From contig CM022671.1 of the NCBI GenBank assembly GCA_012295275.1, positions 22,816,001-22,880,000 of the forward strand: a stretch of 64,000 nt of DNA, given 5' to 3'. Made by a program: the position numbers and the translations under genes. Positions 26,258 through 39,605 of this stretch are shown one piece after another. Each line of letters starts with the position of its first letter. Position 1 is the first letter of the stretch. The notes beneath the pieces were generated by a model. That model worked only from the letters and a program-made list of their open reading frames with translations. It was not told where the DNA came from and searched no databases. The DNA is from Chrysomallon squamiferum (lineage: Eukaryota; Animalia; Mollusca).

Positions 26258-27503
26258 TGTAATTACATATTGCCAAATAACTCTTTGTAAACAATGTAGA
26301 ATTTCATTAATCAGAATGTATTGAACTTTTCTTACACGTCAGATCCTCTTTCTCTCTCTATATATACTTTTTTTATTCTGTATGCGAATCAAGGCTGAGA
26401 CAGTCGGACAGAAAACATGTATTGCATCACTTCTCACTAACCATCACAAACATATCCTATTGAAGAATTCCTTGTTTACATCCTGCGACGGTTTTGCTCG
26501 ATGGAGAAAGAATGTCTTGGCCCGAAACCGAAATACCAAAAGGTGACGTTAGCTATTAATTGCGCACTCAGGTACAACTGAGATAGCCGCCATGAGCCAA
26601 AGAGCACCTGGAAAAAAGCCAACAAGAGCAATTTTTAGAAATAAATGAAAACGTATTAAGAAAATACTTGCAATTGTTTTTCTCAGTACAAATTACTGAG
26701 CGGCGGGTCTTGAGAGGGTATCAGAGGTAGACATTGGCGTTTTGAAATAGTTTTAAAGCTACAGAAATACTGAAAGATGTAATTATATATTAGACCCCAG
26801 AAAACCTTTTTAAAATATTTCTTCCCACAGTAATGTGAACTATTTTGATATATTTCATATAAAACTGAGTTTCGAAATGAAATTATGCTCTAAAATGCCA
26901 CATTTTACATATCGTCTGAACCACAGTAATTTTGTAAATGATCCTTCGATGCTGCATATTTCTTTAAGTACCTGTGTACGACCTACCAGTCCACCGTTTG
27001 TTTATTTGTACGTCTCAGTGTCTGGCTGTTTTCTTCCTGTTCTTGTTCTTATTTGTTTTTTAAAACATATTTTTATTACACACGTATGTTTCTGGTAGAG
27101 AAGGGATGCATTCCTTCTGTCGTTATCGAACATCTGTGACTAAACATCGATAAAAAGTGGTAAGAAAACAAAAATGAACAAAAGAATTTCGACAATAACA
27201 ATGATAAATGATGCGCGTTGGGAGCTATTAAGGTCGAATACAGAAAAATTGGACGCTATCAACATTCCGCATTAAGAGTAAATAGATAGTAACTTAAGTC
27301 AGAGTGAATCAACAACAAAAACTAAAGAAGACAAATTAACAGTGATTTATTTATTTATTATTGTTTTATTATTGTTAGCTGAGTATCTTTTTTCATTATA
27401 GCTTCTTCCATCTAGGTCGCGCGATCTATTCTGATACTACAATGAGGCTAAATTAATAAAACAACAACAAAACAACAACAAAACTGCTTCTTCTAATAGG
27501 ACA

Positions 27504-28170
27504 CTGAATCAATCGGTCGTTGTCCTTCTAGGTCGTTGAATCAATCGTTGTCCAGGATCGTTGAATCGATCGTTATCCTTCTAGGTCGTTGAATCAATCG
27601 TTGTCCTGGATCGTTGAATCGATCGTTATCCTTCTAGGTCGTTGAATCGATCGTTGTCCTTCTAGATCGTTAAATCGATCATTGTCCTTCTAGATCGTTG
27701 AATCAATCGTTGTCCTTCTAGATCGTTGAATCAATCGTTGTCCTTCTAGGTCGTTGAATCGACCGTTGTCCTTCTAGATCGTTGAATCGATCGTTGTCCT
27801 TCTAGATCGTTGAATCAATCGTTGTCCTTCTAGGTCGTTGAATCAATCGTTGTCCTTCTAGATCGTTGAATCGATCGTTGTCCTTCTAGATCGTTGAATC
27901 AATCGTTGTCCTTCTAGATCGTTGAATCAATCGTTGTCCTTCTAGGTCGTTGAATCGATCGTTGTCCTTCTAGATCGTTGAACAATCGTTGTCCTTCTAG
28001 ATCGTTGAATCAATCGTTGTCCTTCTAGGTCGTTGAATCGATCGTTGTCCTTCTAGATCGTTGAATCAATCGCTGTCCTTCTAGATCGTTGAATCGATCG
28101 TTGTCCTTCTAGATCGTTGAATCAATCGTTGTCCTTCTATGTCGCTCAATCAGTCTTTCTTCTTCTATGT
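27504..28170. repeat. 28-bp minisatellite, ~23 copies (TCGTTGAATCRATCGTTGTCCTTCTAGR)
   Basis: Direct 28-nt periodicity (e.g. TAGATCGTTG at 27691 and 27719), two shortened 23-bp variants near the left end, degenerate copies at the right end. Confidence 0.95.
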
Positions 28171-28771
28171 CGCTGGATTAATAGTCTTCGTTCCAGGACG
28201 ATGGATCATCCATCATGGTCCTTTCCAACAAGTCACTGCATCATTGCCTCATCTTATCAAATTGTTGGATCTGTTGTTCTTCCACTCGCTTGCTGGATCA
28301 GTCCTCCTCAAAGACCTCATTGGATTACTTCCCATCCAAGACAGGAGTCAGCGACTTGTCTTTGGAAAGGTGAATGTATGAAAGATATTTTGTTGCAGCT
28401 CCCAAAAATTATGGCAACAGATGGTTTTTTTTTTATTTGTTTGTTTTGTAGTAGTGAGGTCTGGATCGTAGATGAATATTTTGTGACTACTCAATGTTGT
28501 TATTTTTAGTTCGATCTTTTTGAGATTGTTGATTTGTTTTCTTTACTAAATGAAAAATAATAAATAAACTTGGTTATGTATCTATTTATGTTTGCTGCTC
28601 AAATATTCTTTCTTGATAAGTAAATACACTGCATACATAAAACTGTACTGATTTGTTTGTAAGCATTTTTCTCGAGAAGTACATTTATTAAAACAACAAG
28701 TTATTTGATCTGCATTTCCTAGCTATCCCGGTTTATTATTTTTATTTCAGTTATCTAATGTTATATTTAAG

Positions 28772-28805
<34 letters not shown>

Positions 28806-28861
28806 CAAAAATAGTTATATTCATATTTATTAATGTTACCGAAAGTTATCTTGCGGCAAAG

Positions 28862-28901
<40 letters not shown>

Positions 28902-29589
28902 CAAGCGACGATAAAACTGTTAAAAAAGACAACAACTAACTATTTAAAAAAAAAACCATTAACAACAACAGCAGCAGCAGCAAATACAGCAACAACAGCA
29001 ACATTAAAACAATAATAATTATAATAATAGTAAAAAAAAAAAAATATATATAAAAATAAAGCCATTCAAAAGAAGAACGAACAAGAAGGAATTTAGGACG
29101 ACAGTTATGAATTGGCAAAGCTACCTAGCTATACGTGAATGAGATAAAACCAAAAGGTGCATTTGAAGCCTTAGGAAATAAAATAAAATAAAATAAAATA
29201 AAAAAAAAAGAAGAAGAAATTGGCCGGTTTGCACATTCCATAGCAATGACGATATTATATAGTTAACTACATAGGAAAAAAAACCGAAAGATTATATAAA
29301 TATATACTCGGTAAGAAAAATAACTTCATATACCAAATTACAGCTCACATAATAACGGAAAATACGCGAAACTCTTTGCATTGGTTTCTGTATAAATGAA
29401 TATTAAGACTTCTCTTCACTTGTGTTTTTATAAAATAAAATAATTCTTCATTAATCATTATTTTATTAACTGTCGGCAATAATAACTGGAAACTAATACT
29501 AAAATGCGTATATATATACAAATTTATATATATATATATATATAACATCAACAAACACAAAACAAACAACAACAAACAAACTAACTCAC

Positions 29590-29621
<32 letters not shown>

Positions 29622-29953
29622 GTAGAGGTTCTGTCAAGGCGGTTGCGAGTAACAGTTTGAGGTCAGTAATTTGGCGAAGTTCATTCACACTGAAACATAT
29701 GAGACAGAGTCGTCTGGCAACGTTGACATCGCCGCCAGCGAAATTGTTGTTGGTGTGGTGGAATGTGCCACCGACGGCAACATTTCCTACGTTGCATTAA
29801 GTAGCGTACTTTAAACATCAAGAAATGAAATAATTTCATCTAGCTCTCTGTCTGTCTGTCTGTTTTATCTGTCTGTCTGTCTATCTGACTATCTATTTCA
29901 TTGTTTACATTTTTAGCTTTATCTCTTTTATTAATTTTTCTAAATGAGAATTT

Positions 29954-30022
<69 letters not shown>

Positions 30023-30462
30023 TCTTCTTAATAATTCTTCTTATTATTATTATTAATTTATTTCAACAGCCTTGACAATACTTTTTGTATTAATATTATT
30101 TTTATATTATGATAATAATCAGAGCTATTTTCATTGATTGATTCATTCTTTCATTCATTCACAAATTCATTCATAAATTCATTCAACCACTGTTTTTATC
30201 TCTTTTAGTATTTCGCCGGCAACACTGTCTGAAACAGTAACAATTACAGAAACATTAAATCATCGTGTTACTGTTTTTACTTTGTGTTTGTACTCGAGTT
30301 AATTAATAGCGATTATTCGAGAAAGGTCGAGAGAAATAATCCGTTTCCGGTCAAATAACAAATTTGTTTCCGGAACTGTGACAGCTTTGATATATGATGA
30401 CACTGCACGTATTACACTTCTGTCTGTTTAAAAATAGTTCGTGTGTTTCCGTGAGTAGGTGA

Positions 30463-30515
<53 letters not shown>

Positions 30516-31199
30516 CATTAGGCCAACTAATCTTTAAAGGTCACAGATTTTGATATCTAAAGCATATTGCTCAAACCAAAACTGGTTTATTGATCTACAA
30601 AGGGACGGCTTTCTTTAATTTGCATTTCAAAGTACAAGCAGTGCTGTGTTTTTACGTGGAAGCTAGTGTTTCTCAAAGTATAGGGTATCAAGGCCTACTT
30701 AATAGATACTGCGTCTTTAATACTGACTGGTGCTGTTGGCGTCTTCTGGTCCTTACTCTTGCAATTTAAAATCAATTTGGCAGTTTCAGTTTTTGTGCTT
30801 TTTATGTTTTTTTTATTCAAAACATTTTTATTTTTTTTATTTTGGTGGTGGGGGCGGAAAATAGTTTAACATCGACCCCGTTTGTGTGCATGTGTCTGAG
30901 CGTGTGTGTGTGTGTGTCTATTTGTTTAATAAAGCAGACACTGCATATGCGACAGTTTTGTTTAATCTTTTTACACACAGGCCTTGTGTAATCCGAGTTT
31001 ATATAACTAAATGTAAGTGAATGCATGCACGTCTCTTTAACAGTTATGGCAATCGAGAAGAGTATAAATTATTTGTATCAGTATAAATCTGTTTGTTTAA
31101 AAAAAAATGTGTATTCTTCGTATGCATGCGTATATCTTTGTATGTAGTATACGTATACGTATTTTCATGTAAGTGCTGAATACTTCAGAATTAAATAAA

Positions 31200-31416
31200 T
31201 ACACGGGATGTTTTCGTGAAGTTACGACACTGCTCAGCTGAAAACAACTCTGTTAAATAGGTATATTCGTTCCAAACTGCAGTAAATAAAACTGATTGCT
31301 TTATATTGTTGCAATATTTTCTGATGTAATAAAATTATTGTCTGAAGATTGTTTTAGTCTAACCATGACATTTCTTTATTACAAATACTGTATAGTAAGT
31401 TTACGGGCACCCTGTT
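31200..31416. mobile_element. Possible decayed Tc1/mariner-type MITE remnant
   Basis: Right end TTTACGGGCACCCTGT reads CAGGGTGCCCGTAAA on the reverse strand, a mariner-like TIR start. A weakly similar left end TACACGGGATGTTTTCGTGAAGTTAC is at 31200. Confidence 0.25.
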
Positions 31417-31564
31417 TATATATACACACACACTGTATATTGGGAATCTGAACAAGTTTTAATAATTGTATCTTTAAATATCTTTGTAAAAGAAATAAAT
31501 ACACATACAACATTTATAACATATAATTAATATCAAGTGATTTTTTGGTGTGTGTTTGTGTGGG

Positions 31565-31662
31565 GCTTTTGGCTTTCTCAAAAAAGTACGTTACCGTAAA
31601 ATTTCTTTAAAACGAATGGTAAATAAATAAACAGATCTTCAAGTGTTTTTTTCCTCTTAACC
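31565..31662 (+). repeat. Dispersed ~95-bp repeat, copy B
   Basis: Colinear similarity to 24968-25062. Confidence 0.7.
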
Positions 31663-31770
31663 TGTTTTCGCAGACCTTAACCTGAATCTCTGGTAAAAAA
31701 AAAAAAAAAAAAAACACCTGATAAACGTATCATTCAGTGATGGAGAATATATATGTTTTGTTTTCTTTAC

Positions 31771-32082
31771 CTGTCTTCTAACGTTAAAGCACTTGACCGG
31801 TTACTCTCAACTGTTCCCAGTGCTGACAGACGATAAGATTAAGCCGTTTCGCGCCGCCTTTCGTGTTCTTCATCCAAGTTTGTGGATAAATGCTTCTGTG
31901 TGTTACGCCAGCCAGGACTCGCAAACACAAACAAACACGCGCACACAACACCACGCGCAATAGAGAGGATTTCAATATCACGCTTTCCCCACAAAGAGTG
32001 TAAACAGTACATCTCGAAAACACGCAAATACAACGGACGTAAGAAACCTTGACCCACATTTCGGATACGTAGATATATCCCT
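31771..32082 (-). other. Candidate non-coding (5'UTR or lncRNA) exon
   Basis: CpG/GC-rich block ending in minus-strand donor CAG|GTAAAG at 31771/31770, with a CRE at 32405 upstream. No convincing ORF. Confidence 0.3.
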
Positions 32083-32857
32083 TATTATTATTATTATTGT
32101 TATTGTTATTGTTATTGTTATTATTATTATTATTAAAATGAATATCGAGCAATTTGTTTATGCGAACGACAAAAACAAACTGTCACCATTTGAAGTGTAA
32201 TCGATTGTTATTGGCAACTAAATTAATATGATGTTTGTAGCAGCTTGCTGTCTAGTAACTGTTGCAGATTATATTCTCTGAAAAAAAAAAAAAAAAAAAA
32301 AAAAAGAAATAAAGAAAAAATGTAAATGGATTATCGCACTTTATACCTTTGCGATAACCATAATACTCAGTAGAATAAAGGATCAGGTAATTCTATATTT
32401 TCACTGACGTCATCAGAAAGAGACACCACGGAAACTGAATGGTTCGGGTGTTAAATATATGAAGGACGTACGTGGTATTTGTTTTGATATGATTTGCAGT
32501 ACGTATTTGCTGACATAAATACAATATTTTACGTCAGCTGAAATTAGCACTTTAATACAGGGAGAATTTCCAGGGATATTTCATCCGGACTTCAAAAGAG
32601 ATGGGGAATGCTTGTAATGGGAATTCCGGGACACCAAAATATTCATTAGATAATACCAGTGTTGACAACTACATAAAACTTTGCAGAGGATTTCTCATTG
32701 AAAGTTATTCTTTGTTTCTTTAATAATAATGTTCTCCCAGAATACCATGCACACCACAAAGAATTATAAAAATCTATAAATCATTAACATAAAATTATAT
32801 TATAAGAGAAAGGCGAAGGACAAAAAAGATAAAAAGAGAAAGAGGATGATAGAGATG

Positions 32858-32888
<31 letters not shown>

Positions 32889-33729
32889 ATTAAAACACAG
32901 AATCAGCAGGAAAGAAATACAAAATGATGAAATTAATTTATTAAACATCAATAAACGCGAAGAATTCGATCCACCCACAGAACACTGTTTGTTCAGCGGA
33001 TATTATTTTGACGTCTGCGCAAACTCGATATGAACACCGTAACCAGCAAACCTCAGCACATTCTCGTGACTTGCATACACGCAGGCGAATTAAAACACAC
33101 ACCGGAAACTTTTGGTACGGGCGGCTTTGTTTGTGTCCAAAAGTGTTTGCTGAAACCTGACTAAACGAGAGGGAGGGAAGAGCGCGGTGAGACAGCCCTG
33201 CAGGTGTCTGCATTTGATACGAGTCAAATTATGCAATAAGTAGCTATTCAGCTCTCATAAATCTGTTTAAATGAATCTCAGTAAATGTTTAAATTACAAG
33301 CTTCAGACAGTTGAATGGTAAGGTGTAACAAGAGAATGACGTAGTGCTGCTAGTTTCGTCTTTGTTGCAGACTCATTATTTCCACCCACACCCCTCCCCC
33401 TTTATCCCCCACCGCGAATAAACAAACAGTGAGACGAATTTACAATAGAAGGTGTGCGGTAAAATATCGCTGATTCAGCCGATTTTTTTGGTTTATTTCT
33501 CGTTGTTAATGAATTCGAATGACGTCGTCAAAGAGACACTGTTGCAGATTTACTCGTTTATTTTCGTTGTTATTTAATACGAAGTATCGTTTGTAAATAT
33601 GTGTACACATGTATTTCTAAGACGTTTCTATCGATCGACGGATAGAGAAACTTAAACAGACAGAACGCACAAACGCACGCTAATATATACATTCTCTCGT
33701 GTGTGTGTGTAGTGTAAGTGTATGTGTGT

Positions 33730-33756
33730 GAGACAGAGAGAGAAAAGAGAGTGTGA

Positions 33757-33815
<59 letters not shown>

Positions 33816-33909
33816 GAGAGAGAGAGAGAGACAGAGAGAGAGAGAGAGGAGAGAGAGAAAGAAGAAAGACATAGAGAGAAAGAGAGAATTACAGAAAGAG
33901 AGAGAGGAC

Positions 33910-33985
<76 letters not shown>

Positions 33986-34156
33986 AAGAGAGACAGACAG
34001 ACAGACACAGAGAGAGAGAGAGAGAGAGAGATAGAGAGAGAGAAATACAGAAAGAGAGAGGATGAGAAACAGAGAGAGAGAAAGAGAGAAATACAGAAAG
34101 AGAGAGGACGAGAGACAGAGAGAGAGAAAGGACGAGAGACAGAGAGAGAGAGGACT

Positions 34157-34237
<81 letters not shown>

Positions 34238-34252
34238 ACAAGAGAGACAGAG
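33730..34252. repeat. ~520-bp compound (GA)n polypurine tract
   Basis: Directly visible, with internal repeated ACAGAAAGAGAGAGGACGAGAGAC words. Confidence 0.95.
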
Positions 34253-35052
34253 GCAGCTATCACGAAGTTTTCAAAGAGTGGTCGAGAGATGCAAAGAAAA
34301 ATCTATTACATTATAACAACAGATTAATTTCAGTAAATATCCAGAGATTTTATTTCCAGACCAACACAGCGTTCTGTAACATCACAGTGCACACTGACCA
34401 CCTGGACTCAAGATTTGTCCATTCACCGCACTCAGCTGACTTCTCAGTCCTCAGCAGAGACGAACGTGACTCGTAGGAGAACTCGTCGTTGTTCTCTTTC
34501 AATAACCGAAAATTAAAAAAGAAAAAAAAAAAAAAAAAAAAACCCAACCTGATGCAATCACGTAATCATTGTAATTAAATAAATCATCCGTTTAAAGGTA
34601 ATTCGAACCTGTAATTATACTTTTATATATCGTCTTAACTCCCAAAGGAGAACAACCCGAAACACGTAATATTGCTGTCGTAGTGTGAATTACTTGTTTT
34701 CAATACCCGTAATCTTGTCAAACACACCGAAGCTGTTGTAATAATTAATTGGTTTTTATCATTCTGCATGTGATTTTTATCTGCAAGTTTCGTGCTGTTT
34801 TTGTGTTATTAATTTGATATGATTTGAAAAGAACGATCTCATGGTACTCGTATCCATTTTGATTTATTTCTGTGCAGTTTGTGGCGTCACCAACTGAGAT
34901 ACATGTGACTGTTTTGTTTGTAGAGATCGTTATAGTGTGTTATGTAAGCAATGTAGTCGACAAATAAACGGTTTGTTCTTTTCCTTTTTTTCTCATATAC
35001 TTTAACGACAACAACAAAAAACAGCAATAACACCAGCAATAATACACACAAA

Positions 35053-35086
<34 letters not shown>

Positions 35087-36344
35087 TCAGCAACAAAATC
35101 AAATTAAATAAATATACAACTTCGTCAATAAAGTTGTTTCTTTATAACTTCCTATTAATAAGTTACAAAACTGTATTATTAACAAAGGCTGGTTCCTGTG
35201 ATCAAATAAAAACAGTTATTTTGTATATGTAGAACAATACAATTTGTTATAATTATATAAAAAAATCCAAAAAAAATCCAAAATAACAGCAATAACAAAA
35301 AAAAAACAATAATAATAATACAAAATAAACTAATTAAACTGTTTAACAGTGGTCATAATATATTTGGTTCAGCAGAAAGTCGTGTACAGTTAAATTATTT
35401 AATTGTTTTTCGAAAACTGAATTGTTTCATTGTTCAGCTGTCTCTTGCGGGTAATTATTTATAAATATTTTAGTAGACTAAAACAAATCTTTTAGAACAC
35501 GCGCGACAAGGTATCGAAATATCCTCCCCAGAAGTACAAAACAACTAACTGAATGATTTTAGACATCTAGCAACAATACCATATAACATAAAACGTGATT
35601 TTTCTGCATCTTGAAATTTGCACTAATCATTTAATTAAAATTAAAAAAGATAATGGGAATATAATGGGACGATGTCTAGAAGTTTTGCTGAAAGATATAC
35701 ACAGATTAATGGCTTATTTTAGAAGGTTTCTACCCCTAAGACCTTCACAATCGTCTCCCCAAAATCTGACATAATTATATTTAGATGTACCTCTCGTATT
35801 ACAGCGACTTGACAGAAATAACCTTCAAAACAGTTTAAATTAAAGTTCACTTGAAAAAACCAGAGAAGTAAGCAGACACGGAGTGTATTTTATCTCTTCA
35901 TTGTTTGTTGCAAACGACGATGCGGTCTTAGATCTGCACTGTCATTATTTACAACAAAATTTGTCGGCTAATTTATGTCGCGGTCGCGTGCTGCTTGAAC
36001 GAAGCATGCTGCTTCTGTGAGGTCACTGCGCGAAAACGTGACCTCCGTGACACGTGCCGCATTTACCACCAACTCCCAAACGGATTTCGTGAAATCAGCT
36101 TTTTTTTTTTTTTAAGAGGGGACTAACATACTAACACAGTGAATGACCTAGGAGCCCTTTTTGGAATGTGAAAGGTAAAATGAAACTTCTTCTAGTACTA
36201 CTCCACTGATGTCACCTTTGTGTTCTTGGGGGTTTTTTTTGAAGAAAAGAACTTTGTTGTCTGAAAATTATTACTCACTGAGCCACCCACAAAGCTGTTT
36301 CGTACTTCTGTTAGTGCTACCCACAATATTAGAGTTAATAAAGA

Positions 36345-36512
36345 GTACGTATAAGATATCTTGGTGTACGTATAGGATATCTTGTGTACGTATAGGATAT
36401 CTTGTGTAAGTATAAGATATCTTGTGTACGTATAAGATATCTTGTGTACGTATAAGATGTGATAGTGTGTAAGTAAAAGATATCTCTGTGTACGTAAAGA
36501 TATCTTGGTGTA
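36345..36512. repeat. 20-21 bp minisatellite, ~8 copies (GTACGTATAAGATATCTTGT)
   Basis: Directly visible tandem copies. Confidence 0.9.
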
Positions 36513-37399
36513 CAGTTGAACCGCAGCTATTGATACACTGACAACGAATAACACGGAAATGTACTGAAGTGTTACCAGTAAATTGATTTTAATTAATTTA
36601 TTCACTCTGAAATAGAGACTATATTTATTAGTTTTGATAATTCTTTAAATTACGATCAAAACATTTCAAGGTACTGTTGGAACTGCTTTTCATAAAACTA
36701 ACGTCTTTCCACAGCTTTCTTTGTAACTTTACTGTAATACTCATATATTCTTAAAGCCTTCTAATTTACTGTTAAAGAAATTGTGATTACTTTAAACAAG
36801 CGTAAAAGTAATTAAAAATAAAAACAAAAAACAAACAACAACAACAACAACAAACAACAACAAACAAAAACAAAACAAAGAATCCTCCTTTTCTGATCGT
36901 TAACACACAAAAATATCGATTAAAGTATATAATTTAGTATTAAAGATAATAACACATATTGGCTAAGATACTTTAGTTATTACAAACATACGCATTATAA
37001 CGCAGGTAGTGGCAATAACCAATTATAATACATTAGCTAAGCTAAGAAATATTTATTTCTATCGCAACTCTAAATCCTTCAGTGCGTTCCTCAGATCTGT
37101 GATCAACAACTAATAAAAGCTTGGCCTACTGGTAACAATAACGATCTTTTTTTTTTTTAAATCTTATCATTAACGACAAAAACAATGCTCATTATTAGTT
37201 CGTTATTACGCATTTAGGCGAGCGAGTCTTTGCAACGGCCAGAGTGATAAAAATAAAATAAAATAATATAAAATAAAAAAATAAAATAATATAAAATAAA
37301 AAAATATAAAAAATATAAAAAAAATGTCTTTGTCATTACATGCGATGTTTTGTATCCCTTCGTTAAACAGATTTAATGGTGTTGCGCTGTTTGAAAAGC

Positions 37400-37535
37400 T
37401 CATTGACGTCATCAGCGGACGTCGTGCGTGTTTCTGGATCAAATCTCGCCCGTCGATTTCAGCCGCCGGAGAAGCTAGACAAACGCCGAAAAACGAAGAA
37501 AAAAAAAAAAACACGAAGCCACCGCCATCTTACAG
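37400..37535. promoter_or_regulatory. CpG-rich candidate promoter/enhancer with CRE and YY1 motif
   Basis: TGACGTCA at 37404-37411 and CCGCCATCTT at 37522-37531 within a CpG-dense block. Confidence 0.3.
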
Positions 37536-38088
37536 ACCACGCGATTGCGTCCGTTGAGAGTTTGGTGACTCGCAAAAAATAAAAAAAGGTTTTAGAAATT
37601 GCAGGATAATTATTAAAGATTTGTAGACAATTATTTTTACCCAGGCAAAACGATTTCGATAAGTTTAATGGGATATTATAATTTTTTTTTTTTTTTTTTT
37701 TTTTTAATAAATACTGGTATTTTTGGTGATATCAGCATGTTGATAAAGATTTTTTATTTCTTTTTTTTTTTTTTTTTTTTTAATTGTTTTTTGTTTTATA
37801 ATAATGTGATTTTATTTTTAATTAAGGTGATTAAGGTGACCAATAATAGCAAAATGAATAAATAATAAATAAAAATTAGGTTAAAATAAATACAGAAATA
37901 AATAAAGAAACAAAGAAAGGACGAAAGAAAGAAAAAAGTAGAAAAAAAACCTATAAATACAGAACAAGAAGAAGAAGAAGAAAAACAAAAAAGTAACACA
38001 TTAATTATAAATTAATAAGTCAATCTTTTAACAAATAAATTGAAACAAACATGTCACAAACCAACGTAATTACGTAAGACAAATATAC

Positions 38089-38370
38089 AAAACTATGTAA
38101 TTACACAAAAAAACTATGTAATTACCCACAAAACTATGTAATTACACAGAAAACTATATAATTACACACAAAACTATGTAATTACACAGAAATCTATATA
38201 ATTACACACAAAACTATGCAATTACACACAAAACTATGTATTTACATAGGTAACTATGTAATTACATACAAAACTATGTAATTACACACAAAACTATGTA
38301 ATTACACACAACACTATATACTTACATACAAAACTATGTAACGACACAAAACTATATACTTACACACAAA
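38089..38370. repeat. 20-bp minisatellite, ~14 copies (AAAACTATGTAATTACACAC)
   Basis: Exact 20-nt periodicity. The unit contains the palindrome TGTAATTACA. Confidence 0.93.
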
Positions 38371-38856
38371 ACAATGTTGTATCGAAAGAAATGAACACAC
38401 ACACGCACACACTCACACACACACATATAGACACAAACACACACGGTTTCAGAAACATACCATTCTGACTTTGAGCACAGAAATAACTGAAAAACAACAA
38501 CGACGTTGACGATGCAGTCATTATAACCCTGCAGACTGTGGCTTGTTTTAACAAAAATCGCGCGAGGGGATTACGTAACAAACACATGCTTCAAACTGCA
38601 CGTTCACACTTCTCAGGAGAATAGAAACTTTTAAAATGTTTCTCTCAGAGATAATAATTCAGGTTTCGCTTTCCAAATTTCCTAATCTAAGCTTTGGCGT
38701 TACGCATCGAGATCTTTTGAGGGGTGAACGCGTTTAGTTTGGCTGAAAGAGATACTTCTTTTTATCACGGAAGAAACAGAGAAAACACAGATCTTATCTA
38801 CCGAAATAAATAAATCGAGAGAATGATAGAGATTAATATAACAAAAACAGCCAAGA

Positions 38857-38891
<35 letters not shown>

Positions 38892-39400
38892 GAGCCAACA
38901 TATATATGTATGTATGTATAGCCAAGCTAAGATATCAATAAATAAATAAATAAATAAATATATAGATATATAAACAAATTAATAAACGAATATCAAAACA
39001 TCAAACGGTTGTAGCACAAAGAAACAACTGAAACGAACTAAAAGATCAAGTGGTTAATAGTACATGTCTGAATCGGTTTAACCAGCATTAAAAACACGTA
39101 GTATAATAATATATTGAGAAACAAAACAGCTAAGATTGGCTGACAATTTTCTCCGCAGGGGGTGAGGATTCTTCACACAATAAGAACAAAATAAATCAAA
39201 TGGTAAAATAACCAAGTCGAGAAGTCAAGGCTGACTGAAACAAAAACTCTACACAGCTTGAATACAACATAAACAATGTCTGTCATGATCGTGTGTCGTT
39301 GATGCGTGTTTTATTTATATATTCTATTCATCATTCACGTATCTTAATAAAATATTAATTATATTTGCACTTTACTGGTTTCCACTCCACATACGTTATA

Positions 39401-39605
<205 letters not shown>

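Noticed and set aside
27504-28170. CRISPR-like regular 28-bp repeats
   Set aside because: Units are head-to-tail with no unique spacers, no cas genes, eukaryotic context.
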